A stretch of 56,870 nucleotides of DNA, filler included, from Dirinaria sp. TL-2023a (GCA_051941275.1; 3 parts of 3 records of this genome joined end to end with filler, not necessarily neighbours in it); one strand, 5' to 3'; positions 38,608-50,445 are shown, counted from the whole stretch's first letter. Translations and numbers: made by a program. Notes: generated by a model from the letters alone, not told the origin.

Positions 38608-38798
38608 TGTCAAGCCTCCTACGGGTCGCGTATGCGGCTATAGAGGTTGCTAATGTTATATTCCAGGGCAACCCCATTCCCCTTCTTCTTTCCTTGTCTT
38701 TCATCTTGTATAGTACTCAATACATAGATCTAAGTCCACCTAGTAATAAAACCTCGTTAACCTCTATCTATGAATAGATCCCAGCTCAGCCCTTGACA
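38608..38798. mobile_element. Solo LTR (~191 bp)
   Basis: TGTCAAG...CTTGACA termini (TG...CA with a 7-bp inverted repeat), internal AATAAA-like signal, flanks AGCT/AGAT (4-bp TSD with 1 mismatch). Retains CC/GG, unlike its flanks. Confidence 0.7.
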
Positions 38799-38882
38799 AG
38801 ATTCTTGATTCTTAATCTTGCAATTACTTAATTTACTCGTGCAACGTCGACGAGTGCAAAGATAAAGATGACAAATAATGTA

Positions 38883-39352
38883 ATATCAGAGTCTACACAG
38901 CGCTTAATAACATATGAGTACAAATAAACTAAAACACTATCTATGAAAAAGAGAAGAAAAGAAAATCTAAATATAGACAGATTTAAATATAAAATCGAAA
39001 TAACATCGATTCGAGAACGCTAAATTTGATTAAATAAAAACACAACATCTTTAACAAAACAATTAATATAGATCTTTTCACACACATGTGATAATCAGAG
39101 ACTCTTCTTCAGGGTTCAGAGTTTAGAAGATCATGTGACCTAGTTATGTGATCGAGCCCATAGGGGTCTAGTTTATGACAAAGATAATTTGATTTTGCTC
39201 GATTAAATTTAGTAGTATTCACGAATCGATATTATTTCGAGTCTTTATTTGAGTTTTTCTATAAGTGAATTTTCTTTTCTTTTCTTCTTTATAGTTAGTG
39301 TCTTAGTTTATTAGCACTCATATATCATTGAGCACTGTGCAGATTCTGATAT
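38883..39352. mobile_element. Foldback/TIR DNA element with ~175-bp inverted arms, heavily mutated
   Basis: Left arm ATATCAGAGTCTACACAGCGCTTAATAACATATGAGTACAAATAAACTAAAACACTA matches the reverse complement of the right arm ATATCAGAATCTGCACAGTGCTCAATGATATATGAGTGCTAATAAACTAAGACACTA. Similarity continues to about 39060/39171. Outer differences are mostly transitions. Confidence 0.85.
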
Positions 39353-39637
39353 CTGTCAGAACAGCGCTGCTCAAAAAATAATCGCTTCGCTGTTCAATTA
39401 AGATTATTCGAAATTGAGTTTTCTATCACTATTATCTGATTTTCAATTGTCGTCGAATTATGTCAAATACACTTGTTATTACTATTCTGCTGAACTGGGA
39501 AGACTAAGTAGACAATCGAATCGTTACTCAGATGGGATCAGATATAGCGTGCTAAGGCGCTGCGGTTTAGTGGTGGTCTTGGCGTTCTCAATAGGACCCT
39601 CGTTCGAGCATTCTCAATGAGCTTCCCAGGTAAGATA

Positions 39638-39808
39638 CTCGTATTCACCTACCTTACTTTGTTGCGTCACCTACTTTGTTGCGAGGGTTAGGGTTATCTC
39701 ACCAAAAGCCCCATAACCCTATGTAAGGTAGGGTTAGAAGAATTTTGATAGGGGTAACCCTAACCCTCGCAACAAAGTAGGTGACGCAACAAAGTAGGTG
39801 AATACGAG
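39638..39808. mobile_element. Young Tc1/mariner-pogo-type MITE (171 bp) with telomere-like units
   Basis: TA TSD (39636-37 and 39809-10). The 54-bp TIR CTCGTATTCACCTACTTTGTTGCGTCACCTACTTTGTTGCGAGGGTTAGGGTTA is identical on both ends apart from a 5-bp insertion in the left arm. Confidence 0.92.
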
Positions 39809-40319
39809 TATTATACTAATTCCAGGTATGAATCCGGCGGCAGCTGTTTCATCTACCTGAGATAGTTCGGTGCCAGCTTCGTTTCAAGATCGACCATCGT
39901 TCAATTTCATTCTATGTATTCCAACACGTAGTGGAAATGCAAATCATCGGGGTATGCCCGTCTTGCAGAATCTGCCTTGAGCAACAGGGCGTCCCCAAGC
40001 GAGCCGCACCCTCCTGCGCAGGAGCTGCGGCTCAAATCCTGTTTCATGTACATATGGGTCATGTCATGGCGGCAACAGTTGCCTTTCCGTGTCAAGTCTC
40101 CGCTCGTCCAGCTGTACAGCCTCGCTGGCCACGATGGGTTGGTGAACAATGAAGCAAGTAGTACTTCTCAATTTCTCGATATCGTTCATGTGCAAGCGAT
40201 GCATTCATCAGAGCATTGATAGGTGATTTGTAAGCATCATGTCGGGTCCTGATCTTATTATAAGCGTTTTAGGTAAGGAGCACTATGTGCGATTCTCCGG
40301 TCACTGACACCTCGCATAG

Positions 40320-41602
40320 GCCTGGTTCCTCCGGTGCTACAAGCTGCTATCGCTGCAAAAGATCGCCTCGCAAAACCCACCGCGGCCAGAATGCACGCTC
40401 GAGATATTGCCGAGCTCAACAATGATGCTGGTCAAGAATTCCTTGCTGCAATATATTCAAATTTACAGGTTTATCGCGAGGTGGTGGAGCCCAACGTCGA
40501 GGAGAGAGACAGAGTATTTGCATCCAATATCCACAAGGCCATTTACAAGGTCATCAAACAAAGCCAAGAAACCGCGCAAGAACTCGACCATGCGAGCAAA
40601 GACAAGCAAGTCAAACCGGCGGATCTTAGGGCCTTGGAAGACAAACTACGAGAATGCGCGCAGTGGCTGAATGGCTTCCAGCTATCCCTGATGAAGTTTG
40701 TTACAGTCCATAATGATATTTTAAAGATCTGTGGCAGCTGATCATGTGCAGCCGCTTGTTGCTTCGACAATTCCCGCGACTTGGCCGAGATGGAGATATT
40801 GCTTTCGTCCAACCTCCGACAGAGCAGACAGAAATTTCTGAGATCACGCTTCGATCTGACATAGAACCCATCCGAATACCTTATGACAGCGATCTGGAGC
40901 TTGACTGGCCGGTCAGTAATGGGGACACGAAGCTACTTGAAGAGTTGTTCGAGTCCAGAGGGGAAACCCCAGGTGTAAGCCATAACCCTCTCCGCATTTA
41001 ACATATTGCTGCTTTTCATTGAGCCTCTTCTATGGCTCAGGGTTCTCAGCAACTACGTGAAGGATTATGCACACGGAGTCTAAAATTAGCAGCCAACAAA
41101 CCGTCCATCCCTCGCGCTTCTGCTAGCGTGCCGCGAACGGCGCCCCGAAGTTGTTATAACTTGTCTTGACTATTCTGCGGACCCTACCGTGGTTGGTGAA
41201 GATGGACTTGGAACCATCCATAACGCCATAGGCACGGCAGACGTAGAGCATGATTCTCCCGAGGCACTTGAAATCCTCACCCTTTTGATAGATCATGGCG
41301 TTGAAGCGTCGGCCCCTGACTCTACCGAACAGCGCTTCAGGCCCTTACACAGAGCAGCAATGACAAAGAATGTCAGTGCCACGAGATTTCTGCTCGACAA
41401 AGACCCGGAAATGGTCAACCTGGTCGATGCAGAGGGGAAAACGGCGCTATATCAAGCTTGCGCTACTCCTAATCAGAAAATGGCACTAGTCAAAGAGCTG
41501 ATGGAAAAAGGCGCTGACTTTGCTGATAAGCCTAGGCCTTTAATGCCGGATTATCACGGACAATCCATAGGGAGGTATCTGGATGCAAAGGGCCTTAACT
41601 GA
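40320..41602 (+). CDS. Ankyrin-repeat protein with N-terminal helical region (multi-exon; true start not resolved, upstream of 40320)
   Basis: Ankyrin motifs GLGTIHNAI...LIDHGVEAS, RPLHRAA...FLLDKDP and GKTALYQAC...ELMEKGAD. Exons are linked by GT-AG introns (e.g. 40696-40751). Confidence 0.75.
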
Positions 41603-42535
41603 TCATATCCGCTGTACGCGCCAAAGGGGGAAGAGTCGATGGGAGTTAAGAGGCATTTTTAAGGATGAATCTTGGCTGTTACCTAGTTGACCGTGCCAGT
41701 GATCTTTCCTAACTACGTCGGAGCTACTCCCATGACGAATCACGACCTGGTCAGGCTAACGCAGTCAAAAATGCGTTTTAGGAGCATTGGTACGCTCTTT
41801 ATTTGATGTAACATGGAATAAATATGCTGCCACTATGTTTTGAATGTAGAGCATCGCAGGATAAAGATAGTGAGGTTCTTGGCAACAGGGAACGATCAAG
41901 CTATCTACTGGCTGTAACATCCTTCAATACGTGTTGCTGGTTGCGATTAGCCTATTCAGAAACTAAATTGTGCACGCGGAATCATACTCAATGATGTTAT
42001 CGCAAAACGAGCTAAAATGTGAAATATTGGGAGGACTTCCAGGCAAGATGGGGCTACCAGGGCGCATCCATGGTGGTACGGGCTACCTTGCACGAACAAG
42101 CCAGTGGCTAGCCGACAGGGCAGCCCTGCTGCGCCAAGAAAAAACTTCAGACTCCAGAATATACCTCCTGATCGATGATTGCACTGGTGACAGGGCTACT
42201 TACAGCCTTGGTTGGGCTTCTAATGTCTCTTCATCGGTCCAAATGTCCCAAGAAAAGATATTCTTTTCCAAGGTTCCATTCATTGAGTCTCAATTTAATT
42301 GGAGCACCTCTAAAATGATTGCATTGGGAAAATGACAAGGCTGAAGAGACGACAAGGCTGAAAAGGACACTGCCCTGCAATAGGACGCGTAAGCGGTAGC
42401 ACAGAAGTCGAGATTGCCAGCCAAGAACAGAGGAGGAGCAGAAAATCGAATGATGTCGAGGCTCCTTGATCTGCCTCCAGCCTTGTGCCACTGGCCTTTT
42501 TTAAAAAGGTCGGTCTTCCACTTGATACTGATTAG

Positions 42536-45439
42536 TCCAATGGTCAAATTGTCGACCTTCTTGTTAGAACTTTTCATCCAAACACTGGCCTACGGGAATC
42601 ATGCCAGAACAAATCCACCTACATCGACCGACACTTATTCGGACGGTAAGTGGGCCATTATTAGAGTGAGGCTACTCAAACTAAGTATAACACGCGCAGC
42701 CTTCATATAGACAGCTAATCGAGCGTTTCCATCAATACTTGACCAATAATGAAGGAGGCATTATTGATCATCCGCTACGTTACATTGAAGATCATAAGCT
42801 CCCTCAGTTTCTCAGCGGACTTTACGAGAGATTTGAAGATCTTGTGACAATGGAGGAGCTCATAGAGAGCGCCAAACTAGCTAAACAAGAACACTCACTT
42901 CTTATAGGTGAGCGCGTCGACGCTTTGACCCCAGCGGAGAAGAAGGCATATGATATCCAGCGATCTGGTGCTTTCTGGAATGAACCAAAAGACCTTCTCT
43001 TCACTCTTGCAGTCTGCTGCGTCGCAAGTATGGTGCAAGGCTGGGACCAAGTTGCAAATGGCAATTTAGGATGGGCAAAGGAATTTGGTATCGACATTGA
43101 TCCTCGAACTTGGAAATTCGCCGCTGTTCAAGCTATACCTTGGTTCTCAGCATCCATCTTAGGCTCGTTTCTTTCCGATCCTCTGTCAGAGTTCACAGGT
43201 CGACGAATAGCTCTTTTCACTTCTGCGGCATGTAGCTTTACGTCATCCATTGCTGGGTCGCGCGTTACGAGCTGGAAAGCTCTTGTTGGGACAAGAGTCC
43301 TTCTGGGCCTTGGAATTGGAGGGAAAGCCTCGATCGTTCCTATACTTCAGAGCGAGGTGGTTCCTGCCAGTAAACGTGGTCGATTGCTTGTGAGCTGGCA
43401 ATTATTTGATGCTGCCGGTATCTTCTTCGGTTCGATAGCCTGCTATATTCTACGTAGCAGTTGGAGAAGCCAAATTCTGAGCGGGGCATTACCTGCTTTC
43501 ACTCTCCTGATACTCACTTTCTGGTCTTGCGAAAGTCCCCGGTGGCTGATAATCCAGGGGAAGTATCCCAAGGCTTTGACCACTTTGATGAGGCTGCGCA
43601 AAGAGCGTCGACTCGCCTTGCTGGAGCTAGTTTCTATCTATTATCAGACACAAGCGGAGAGAAGACTACTAATTCGACGTGAGAAAGACAGCGAGTCAGG
43701 CCTTAGTCTTACGCCATTCGGATCTGATCTTGGAAGGACTTCATGGTGGGAGCGTCTTCGCAACATGTTCTTCATACCAAGAATTCGAAGAGCTGCCATT
43801 GCAGCCATGATCGTTATGATTGCGCAACAACTCAGTGGGTAAGTGGCCCAGAAGCTCTGCGTCCATCTTTGGAAGCTTTATTACACAGTAGTTCTACAAA
43901 GGTAGACTGCCGCTGGTGTATTCGTTCTTCGCTTCTTCTCATCACCGTATGAACAAAGCATCGCTGAAACGAGAACTACAGTATCAACATCTATGCATTT
44001 CTGGTAACTCAGTTCTACAGTAGAGCTGGCCCTGCGGACAAGAATAATGAGGTTGACAGCCTCAAATTCGCTATCGGTCAGCATCATCCTCACTGATTGA
44101 GCTCCTGATCCTCTCGCTGATAAATCGTATCGGTTTAGGCTTCGGTGCGGCAAACATGCTTTTCTCATGCCTCGCATATTTTCTAGTCGAAAACAAGGAG
44201 CCCAAGTATGCTAGCAACAACCCGACGACCGCCGCTAGGCAAATTTTCCCGAAAATTGCGGACCACCTTGCAGGGAATAGGATGCCTGAGAACAGGGGAA
44301 GTAGTAATAACAAAGGGTCGAGCGCAGAAGCAGCCGATGACATGTAAGTCATACACTGCCTAGTTTGTAACAGTCGTTAGCCACCCTATCGGCTCCTCTG
44401 TGGGTTTGAAACGATGCGATGACGACGGCGACGACACTTTTAAAACTTAGCACTTGATGTACCAGAAAAAGACGATTTTGCCGGAAGATGCTTTGCCGAG
44501 CTTTGACGAATGCAATAATAGACAAGAATAATGACCCCAAAGGGACTCTTGAAGGGGCTACATTTTCTTTTGAGCTACCTTTCTAAGCTGATTTAGGCAC
44601 GGAGTTTTAGGAAGAATCCGAGCCCTTCAGGCAGCTCCAGTGAAGACGTCGAAGAGCAAGCAAGGATCGCGAGCAGTACGAGCCAGAACAATAGCGATCG
44701 TCTAATGGAACATGGCAGATCCTCTAACGACGATGTTTATGAAGAGGATAAAATGTTTCCCGAATACAGAGAAGCCCCCAGTTTTCGTGGCCGCCGCTTT
44801 CTCCTACTTACCTCTCTTGCATTCGGTGTGGTGACACTATTCCTGACATCCATGATGTTCAAGATCCCCGATAAGAACCCGGCGCGTATAGGTATGATTA
44901 CCTTCTTCATCATTGTTTTTACCGCATTCTATTCGCCAGGTGCTGGTGCTATACCTTTCCTGTACTGCGCTGAGATATTCCCCAACGAAGGGAGGGAGCT
45001 GGGAATGTCTTGGTCTACCTTCTGGAACTTCCTCGGCTCAGGTGTCGTTGCACTTATTGCTCCGGTGGGCATCAAGTGGGGTGAAAGCAAACTCCTTGGT
45101 CTTTTCTCAGGTCTCAATGCGGCAGCATTCATTCTCGTCTGGTTCGGTGTTTACACGACCAACCATACTGCGACGCTGGAAGACTATTCTTACGTCTTCG
45201 GTAAAAGGATGCGAGATCATGTCCGTGCGCAAGCGTTGAGGATTTGGCATTGGAGAAATGAGCTGAGACCGAAAGGCAAAAGCCATGACACTGAGCAATC
45301 GGATGACGGCCCACTTGATACGCGGCTTTCTCAGCCAGGAGCTCCCGTCCTTCCTCACATTCGAAGGGTATCGATGGGTGGAAACAGTACTGATGGTGGG
45401 GCCGACGTTGCTCCTATGTCTAGCGGCGCCTCCAATTGA
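42536..45439 (+). CDS. MFS sugar porter family transporter (myo-inositol/polyol transporter-like), multi-exon; first exon not resolved
   Basis: VQGWDQ, DPLSEFTGRR, RVLLGLGIG, SEVVPASKRGRL, ESPRWL, QQLSG|INIYAF (exon about 43982-44074), GRRFLLL, YSPGAGAIPFLYCAEIFPNEGRE. Confidence 0.9.
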
Positions 45440-46858
45440 TGGGAAACAGATATTAAAGAAGAGGGACGGGTGGGATGGCAAGGCAATTCTATCGTTTTTG
45501 ATTTGATAACAGTGGAGTCATCTGCCCTGATGTTCAAAGCTTGCGCTCGATGTGAATCAGTACAGGGATAGCTCACTAGCCATCAGAAGTGGACCATGAT
45601 TTAGGAGGCGCCATAAGGGGGCTTACCGGAGACTTATACTTGATACCGCAATAATATAGCAAGCTCGCGAGCCTTGTCAAGACTCGGGCTGCAAAGCCAC
45701 GGGCATTCGCGTGCAGGGGCGAGCACGAGCATGTGACGAAATGCAGCTAATGCTCAAGTCATTATTGCTGTGCGACTATTCAGCAGTTCTTGTGCTGGGA
45801 GACAGCCATTTTTGCCTTTCTTCATCGATTTGCCGTCCGAAGCTTAGTTCATCTCTCTTCCCATATCCAGCGCCGCGATGCGATTATCATAACGCGAAGC
45901 GATGAGCAACCTGTACGCGGCCAGCGCCAAAACTACTTTTCACTTTCGATAAAAAGGCGGCACGGAGAAATCTGCGGTCAAACTATCGCAGAGCTGGAAG
46001 ATCGGATAAATTTTCCATTGGAGCGCATAGCAAGGCCAACTTGGCCTAGGCGGACGGCTGGGCCCTGCTAGTGTCAGCAACCCCAGGTTTTAGGTAAGTC
46101 AGCTCGTGGCTTCTAGAATTCTAGTGCTTGGAATTTTAGTTCGACGAACGAAATAGCGCGCACATGGGCTTGGGCAGCGGTGAAGGTTAGTCAGTGTGTT
46201 CCTAGCAATTCAATTTAAGCTAAAATCGAAGCGAATCGGCGTTGACTTCTTTGGATGCAGGAACACAGCGGAAGTACTACTAGTAAGGCATCGACCGGTG
46301 CAGACTCTGATGTAATAATGCTTTTCATGGAGATTTGATCAAGCATGATCCATCATTGAAGATTGGTGGGGACGACACATACAATTTAAAAGACACTCGC
46401 TGACTTCTACTATACATACGTCTTAGCAAGCAGTGATAGACACGGCATGCGCAAGGCTTCGCGCATCACCGTCTTCCGAGCTACCCTGTACGAGTACACG
46501 TGCTGATGCGGCTGAATCCCCACAATGTTAATCTCCTCACGTCTAAACGGACTGTGGCTTTGAAGACGAAGACGGGACATCTTTCGGAGAATTATGCGAA
46601 ACACGCCAGTAACGTCGCCCACTAATATGCCGCTAGGACTCATATCGACACCACACTAGACTGTATGCCAGGGGCACTCCATGCACTCCGGGAGCTAATA
46701 TGGACCTTGTTCTACCACGTGAAGCCGCTTGCTGGACTCCCCTGACAGTTCTTTAAATGTCAAAGTAGGCCTCATCTGTTTAGTTGCTCGATGAAGCTTT
46801 GAAACTCTTTTCTCGAAACCTCGGAAAGAATATCTCGATTTATCACGTGAGGAACGAC

Positions 46859-48159
46859 ATGCAGTCATCAACGGACAGCGGCCAGTCGTTGGGTACTACG
46901 ATTCTCATCGTGACCCTCCTCTTCACCGTACTGTCAACTCTGTTTGTACTACTACGATTGTACGTAAGGGTATTTCTAAAGCGCACTTATGGACGGGATG
47001 ATGGAATGATTGTCATTGCTCTCGTGAGTTCACATATTGGAGCCACGGTATATTCTGACCTCGCTTTAGGTGTTCTCTCTCGTATCCGCAGTTTTCATCT
47101 GCCTGGCGTTAAATGCCGGCTACGGGAAACCGTATCCGATGCTCTCCAAAGTCCACTTGGTCGAATCAACAAAATGGTTGGACCTGTCTACCTTGATCTG
47201 CTTGTCCAGCCTATCCGTCAGCAAAATTTCGATTTGTCTCTTCTTGCTCAGGCTCATCACGAGGGCTACATCGAGAGCGCACAGCGTCTTCTTGTATTCC
47301 ATCATAGCTGCCATGGCTGTCAATGCAATCATAATTGTCGGCTACGGTCTCGGCCAATGCCATCCTGTGTCAAAGCAGTGGGAAGAAGAACTGCCTGGTC
47401 ATTGTAATAAGCCAGCTACCTACAATCATGTCATTGTCGCAACTTCCGGTGAGCATCATCGATTGAACAGCTTTTTTCGACTGATATCGTGCAGCCGTCA
47501 ACGCGTTTGGCGATTTCGCTTTGGCGCTTTTCCCGACCTTGATTCTCAAGGATTTGCAAATGCAAATGCAAAGGAAGATCGTAGTGATATCCTTGATGTC
47601 TTTTGGTATCGTGTGAGTCTTGAGTGTTCAAATATATCTGGCTCTCTGCTGGTGCTTGCAGTTCACTGACCTTGGGAACGTACAGTTGCGGCGCTTTGGC
47701 AGTTGCGAGAACAATCTTCGCAGCTCAACTCTTACACCATTACACTGACATACGTAAGTTCAATGGGCATGGCGCGAATCTATCGCACAAAGTCTAATCA
47801 GGCTACGCAGACCGTAGCGTGAACCTCCGCATCCTTGCAAAGTACGTTTTCTGAGGACAGATACTGCTGTCTTGCACTAATCCTGCCCGTCAAGGACAGA
47901 GGAACATATTTCCATAATTGTGGCATGCATTCCCACCTTGAAACCAGCATTCGACGAAGTCTCCACGAGATTAGCTTCGTATAGGCTGTTTAGCTCTGGT
48001 GACGAAGGCCTCACTCCGCTCAAAAAGATCGCGTCCACGAAGCAGGACCCATCGTCTCAAGAGCTGGGGTCTGCGAAGGAAGGCTCGGAGCAAGCCCACG
48101 GCAGTCTTGAAAGCCCTAATAAGCACAATTACACAGTGGAAATCCATGAGCAGGCATAA
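46859..48159 (+). CDS. Pth11-like (fungal rhodopsin-domain) integral membrane protein, multi-exon
   Basis: FVLLRLYVRVF...GRDDGMIVIAL, GYGK, SKISICLFLLRL, QCHPVSKQW...GHC, DFALALFPTLILKDLQM..K, EEHISIIVACIPTLKP. Confidence 0.9.
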
Positions 48160-50445
48160 TACCTTTCTTCAGAAAGTCCAGGAAGCCGACATTGACTCAG
48201 ATGAAGAGCGAGATAAGACCGGTCTGTCTTCCATGTTCTTGAACCTCCATTTGATGAGTTTAGCGAGCCAGATACCTATTTCATAGCAGCAATCAAGAAC
48301 TGCATAACCTGGGTTATTCCGATAAAGTCAAAGCGTACAATCTGTCTTCACCTGATGGTTCGGTTCCAAGTCACATAGGATGAAGATGAAAAGACGATAG
48401 AACATTCTAGAAGCTTCATCGCGATGATCTGAGGGCAAGTGCCTAGTGGGCCGGCGTGCTGTACATGCAGCCCTTCGACACGATTTTGAAGATGTCTAGG
48501 TCGATCCTACTATTCAGACAAGCAGCCGATAATATTTTCAAGGAACAAGATTCTTGTATCTCTATAGCGGTGAGATAGAGAAAGTTCGTTAGCGCCAGAG
48601 GCAGTGCACATAGCAGTTTTTTTTTTTTCGGTCGTGTACTCGTACACTGCACTCTCTGGATCGTACATTCGGAAGAAGAAGAAGAAGGAGAAGAAGGAGA
48701 AGAAGAGAAAGAGCAATTAAGTACACGCAGGTGCAAGCAATACTAAATCGGGGGCTGGGCAATCTAGTAATCTACGCGCCTGCGGGTAACACTGCCCGAA
48801 AGGGATAAGTGCAAAATACAATCATAATGGAAGGTCGGTGCTTTTAGGATCCTTCAGGAGTTTTCAGCACAGGCACATGGCCAAATAAATACACGGATGT
48901 TTTGAGGCCAAGCATATGACAAAGGAAAGGTACGAAGAAGAGATATCGTGAATGTAGCATCCAACAGTATCCAATTCGAAGAGCGCGATTTAGTAGAGAG
49001 AAGAAGAAAAAAAACTCAAAGAGGTCGCACGAAACCGCTCATGTTAAGTTTACAATGAAAATATTGTTATATCTATATCGGGATTGACCGTTTCGAACGT
49101 TCGATTTGCTCTTTGCGCAGAGCAGATTACATGGCGAAAAAGATCAAGGATAGATTAAGGTAGTACCTTACGGTTGAGTCGTGAGACCAGGGTTAGGTGG
49201 AAAATATGGAAAATACAGGATTAGGGTAAGGTGGTAAGATTCTGTCACTCTGTGATGTAACCCTAACATCCGCAACTTGAAGGGTGGCGCAAACGATCCA
49301 TTTCCTTACAACTCTATTCAAGACCTGCAAACCCTCCGGAGCAGAAAATCCAGGACCTATCTTTGAGCACTGCGACTCATTCCCTCGTATCCTAATTTGG
49401 GATGGACCCTGCAAAGGATCACTGCCACCGCATTTCATCAACGCTCCGTCTTTACGAGATTCTGATCATCCACACGAAAGTTTTCTGTGGGGCGTCTTTT
49501 TTGGATTATCAACGTGTTTCCGACCTGGAATTGGGATGCGAGAATCGAGACTTGAATGTACATTTATGCATACAGTAGCCTCTTTTCAATCGCGTGTCCC
49601 CGCAGCGGCTTATACAATATACAGATCCTTTATTCTAGGTGCGTTCGTTGTACATCTTATAGCCCTGCAGAGGAGAATTCTGAGCTAGCTCTAGATCGGC
49701 TAGACAATCTGATTAGAGCTAGAAAGCTCTCGTGGGGTCGTATAAGAAGCTTTGTACAGTAGCTCTTCGCGCTTGAACTAATGCACGCTTTACCTGGACT
49801 GGCCTGCATGGCTGACGTGATCGGCTACAACTAGTGACTTATCAGAAGCAGGCCAAATCGTATTACACCCTCGCACGGTGCTGAACCTTCATCACAAGCG
49901 AGTACGAGACCATCAGCGTCAATTTCTTGGCTGTCTGCATTTGCCAAAGATCTGGCCATAAATGGGCCCAGCCACATAGTCCGTGAGTCGTATTCAATGT
50001 ACCCCACCGTTCGCCCAGACTGAGGGGCGTAGCTGATGATTCGAAAAGGTTCTGTTATCATCCACTCATCGCGAGAAGATGAAGCCACATGGGCTTACTC
50101 AGCTCAGCCGCAGGACGTCAAAGATAATAAGCACAATTGGATTCCATCTAATTGGTACTCGCCATGCTTTGGCAAGCTGACGGCGATAGAGAAATCTGCA
50201 ATGATCTTGCGAGCGTGATGCTTCAAGCGACCCCACTCTCTGTCTTCAACCAATTGTGTCGTATTGCCTTGTTCGTGGCTGCCTCTGGCCAGCTGAACCC
50301 CCATGATAGCCTGCACACATTGATTGCGTCGATTGTGGGAGAAAGAATTTATAACGGTGTGAAGTCCAACCATCATGTCCGTTCTTCTGGCCTCACAGTT
50401 GGACTGCAACCAAAGTAAGCTTCCAGAGATCCATTTTCAAGAAGT

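Noticed and set aside
39638..39808. CRISPR-like or true telomeric array
   Set aside because: The repeats are inverted with a TA TSD and have no spacers; only two consecutive hexamers; eukaryotic internal location.
48671..48712. GAA/GGA-rich tract, and poly-T runs at 57-83, 15508-15580 and 19330-19358
   Set aside because: Ordinary low-complexity sequence.
48785..48812. TAACACTGCCCGAAAGGGATAAGTG resembles part of a twister ribozyme
   Set aside because: It lacks the P4 loop (UCCCAAGC-like) and the 3' GAGGG pseudoknot partners; only a small GAAA hairpin is present.
50033..50047. CTGATGA..CGAAA hammerhead-like core
   Set aside because: No room for stem II, and no convincing stems I/III or cleavage triplet.
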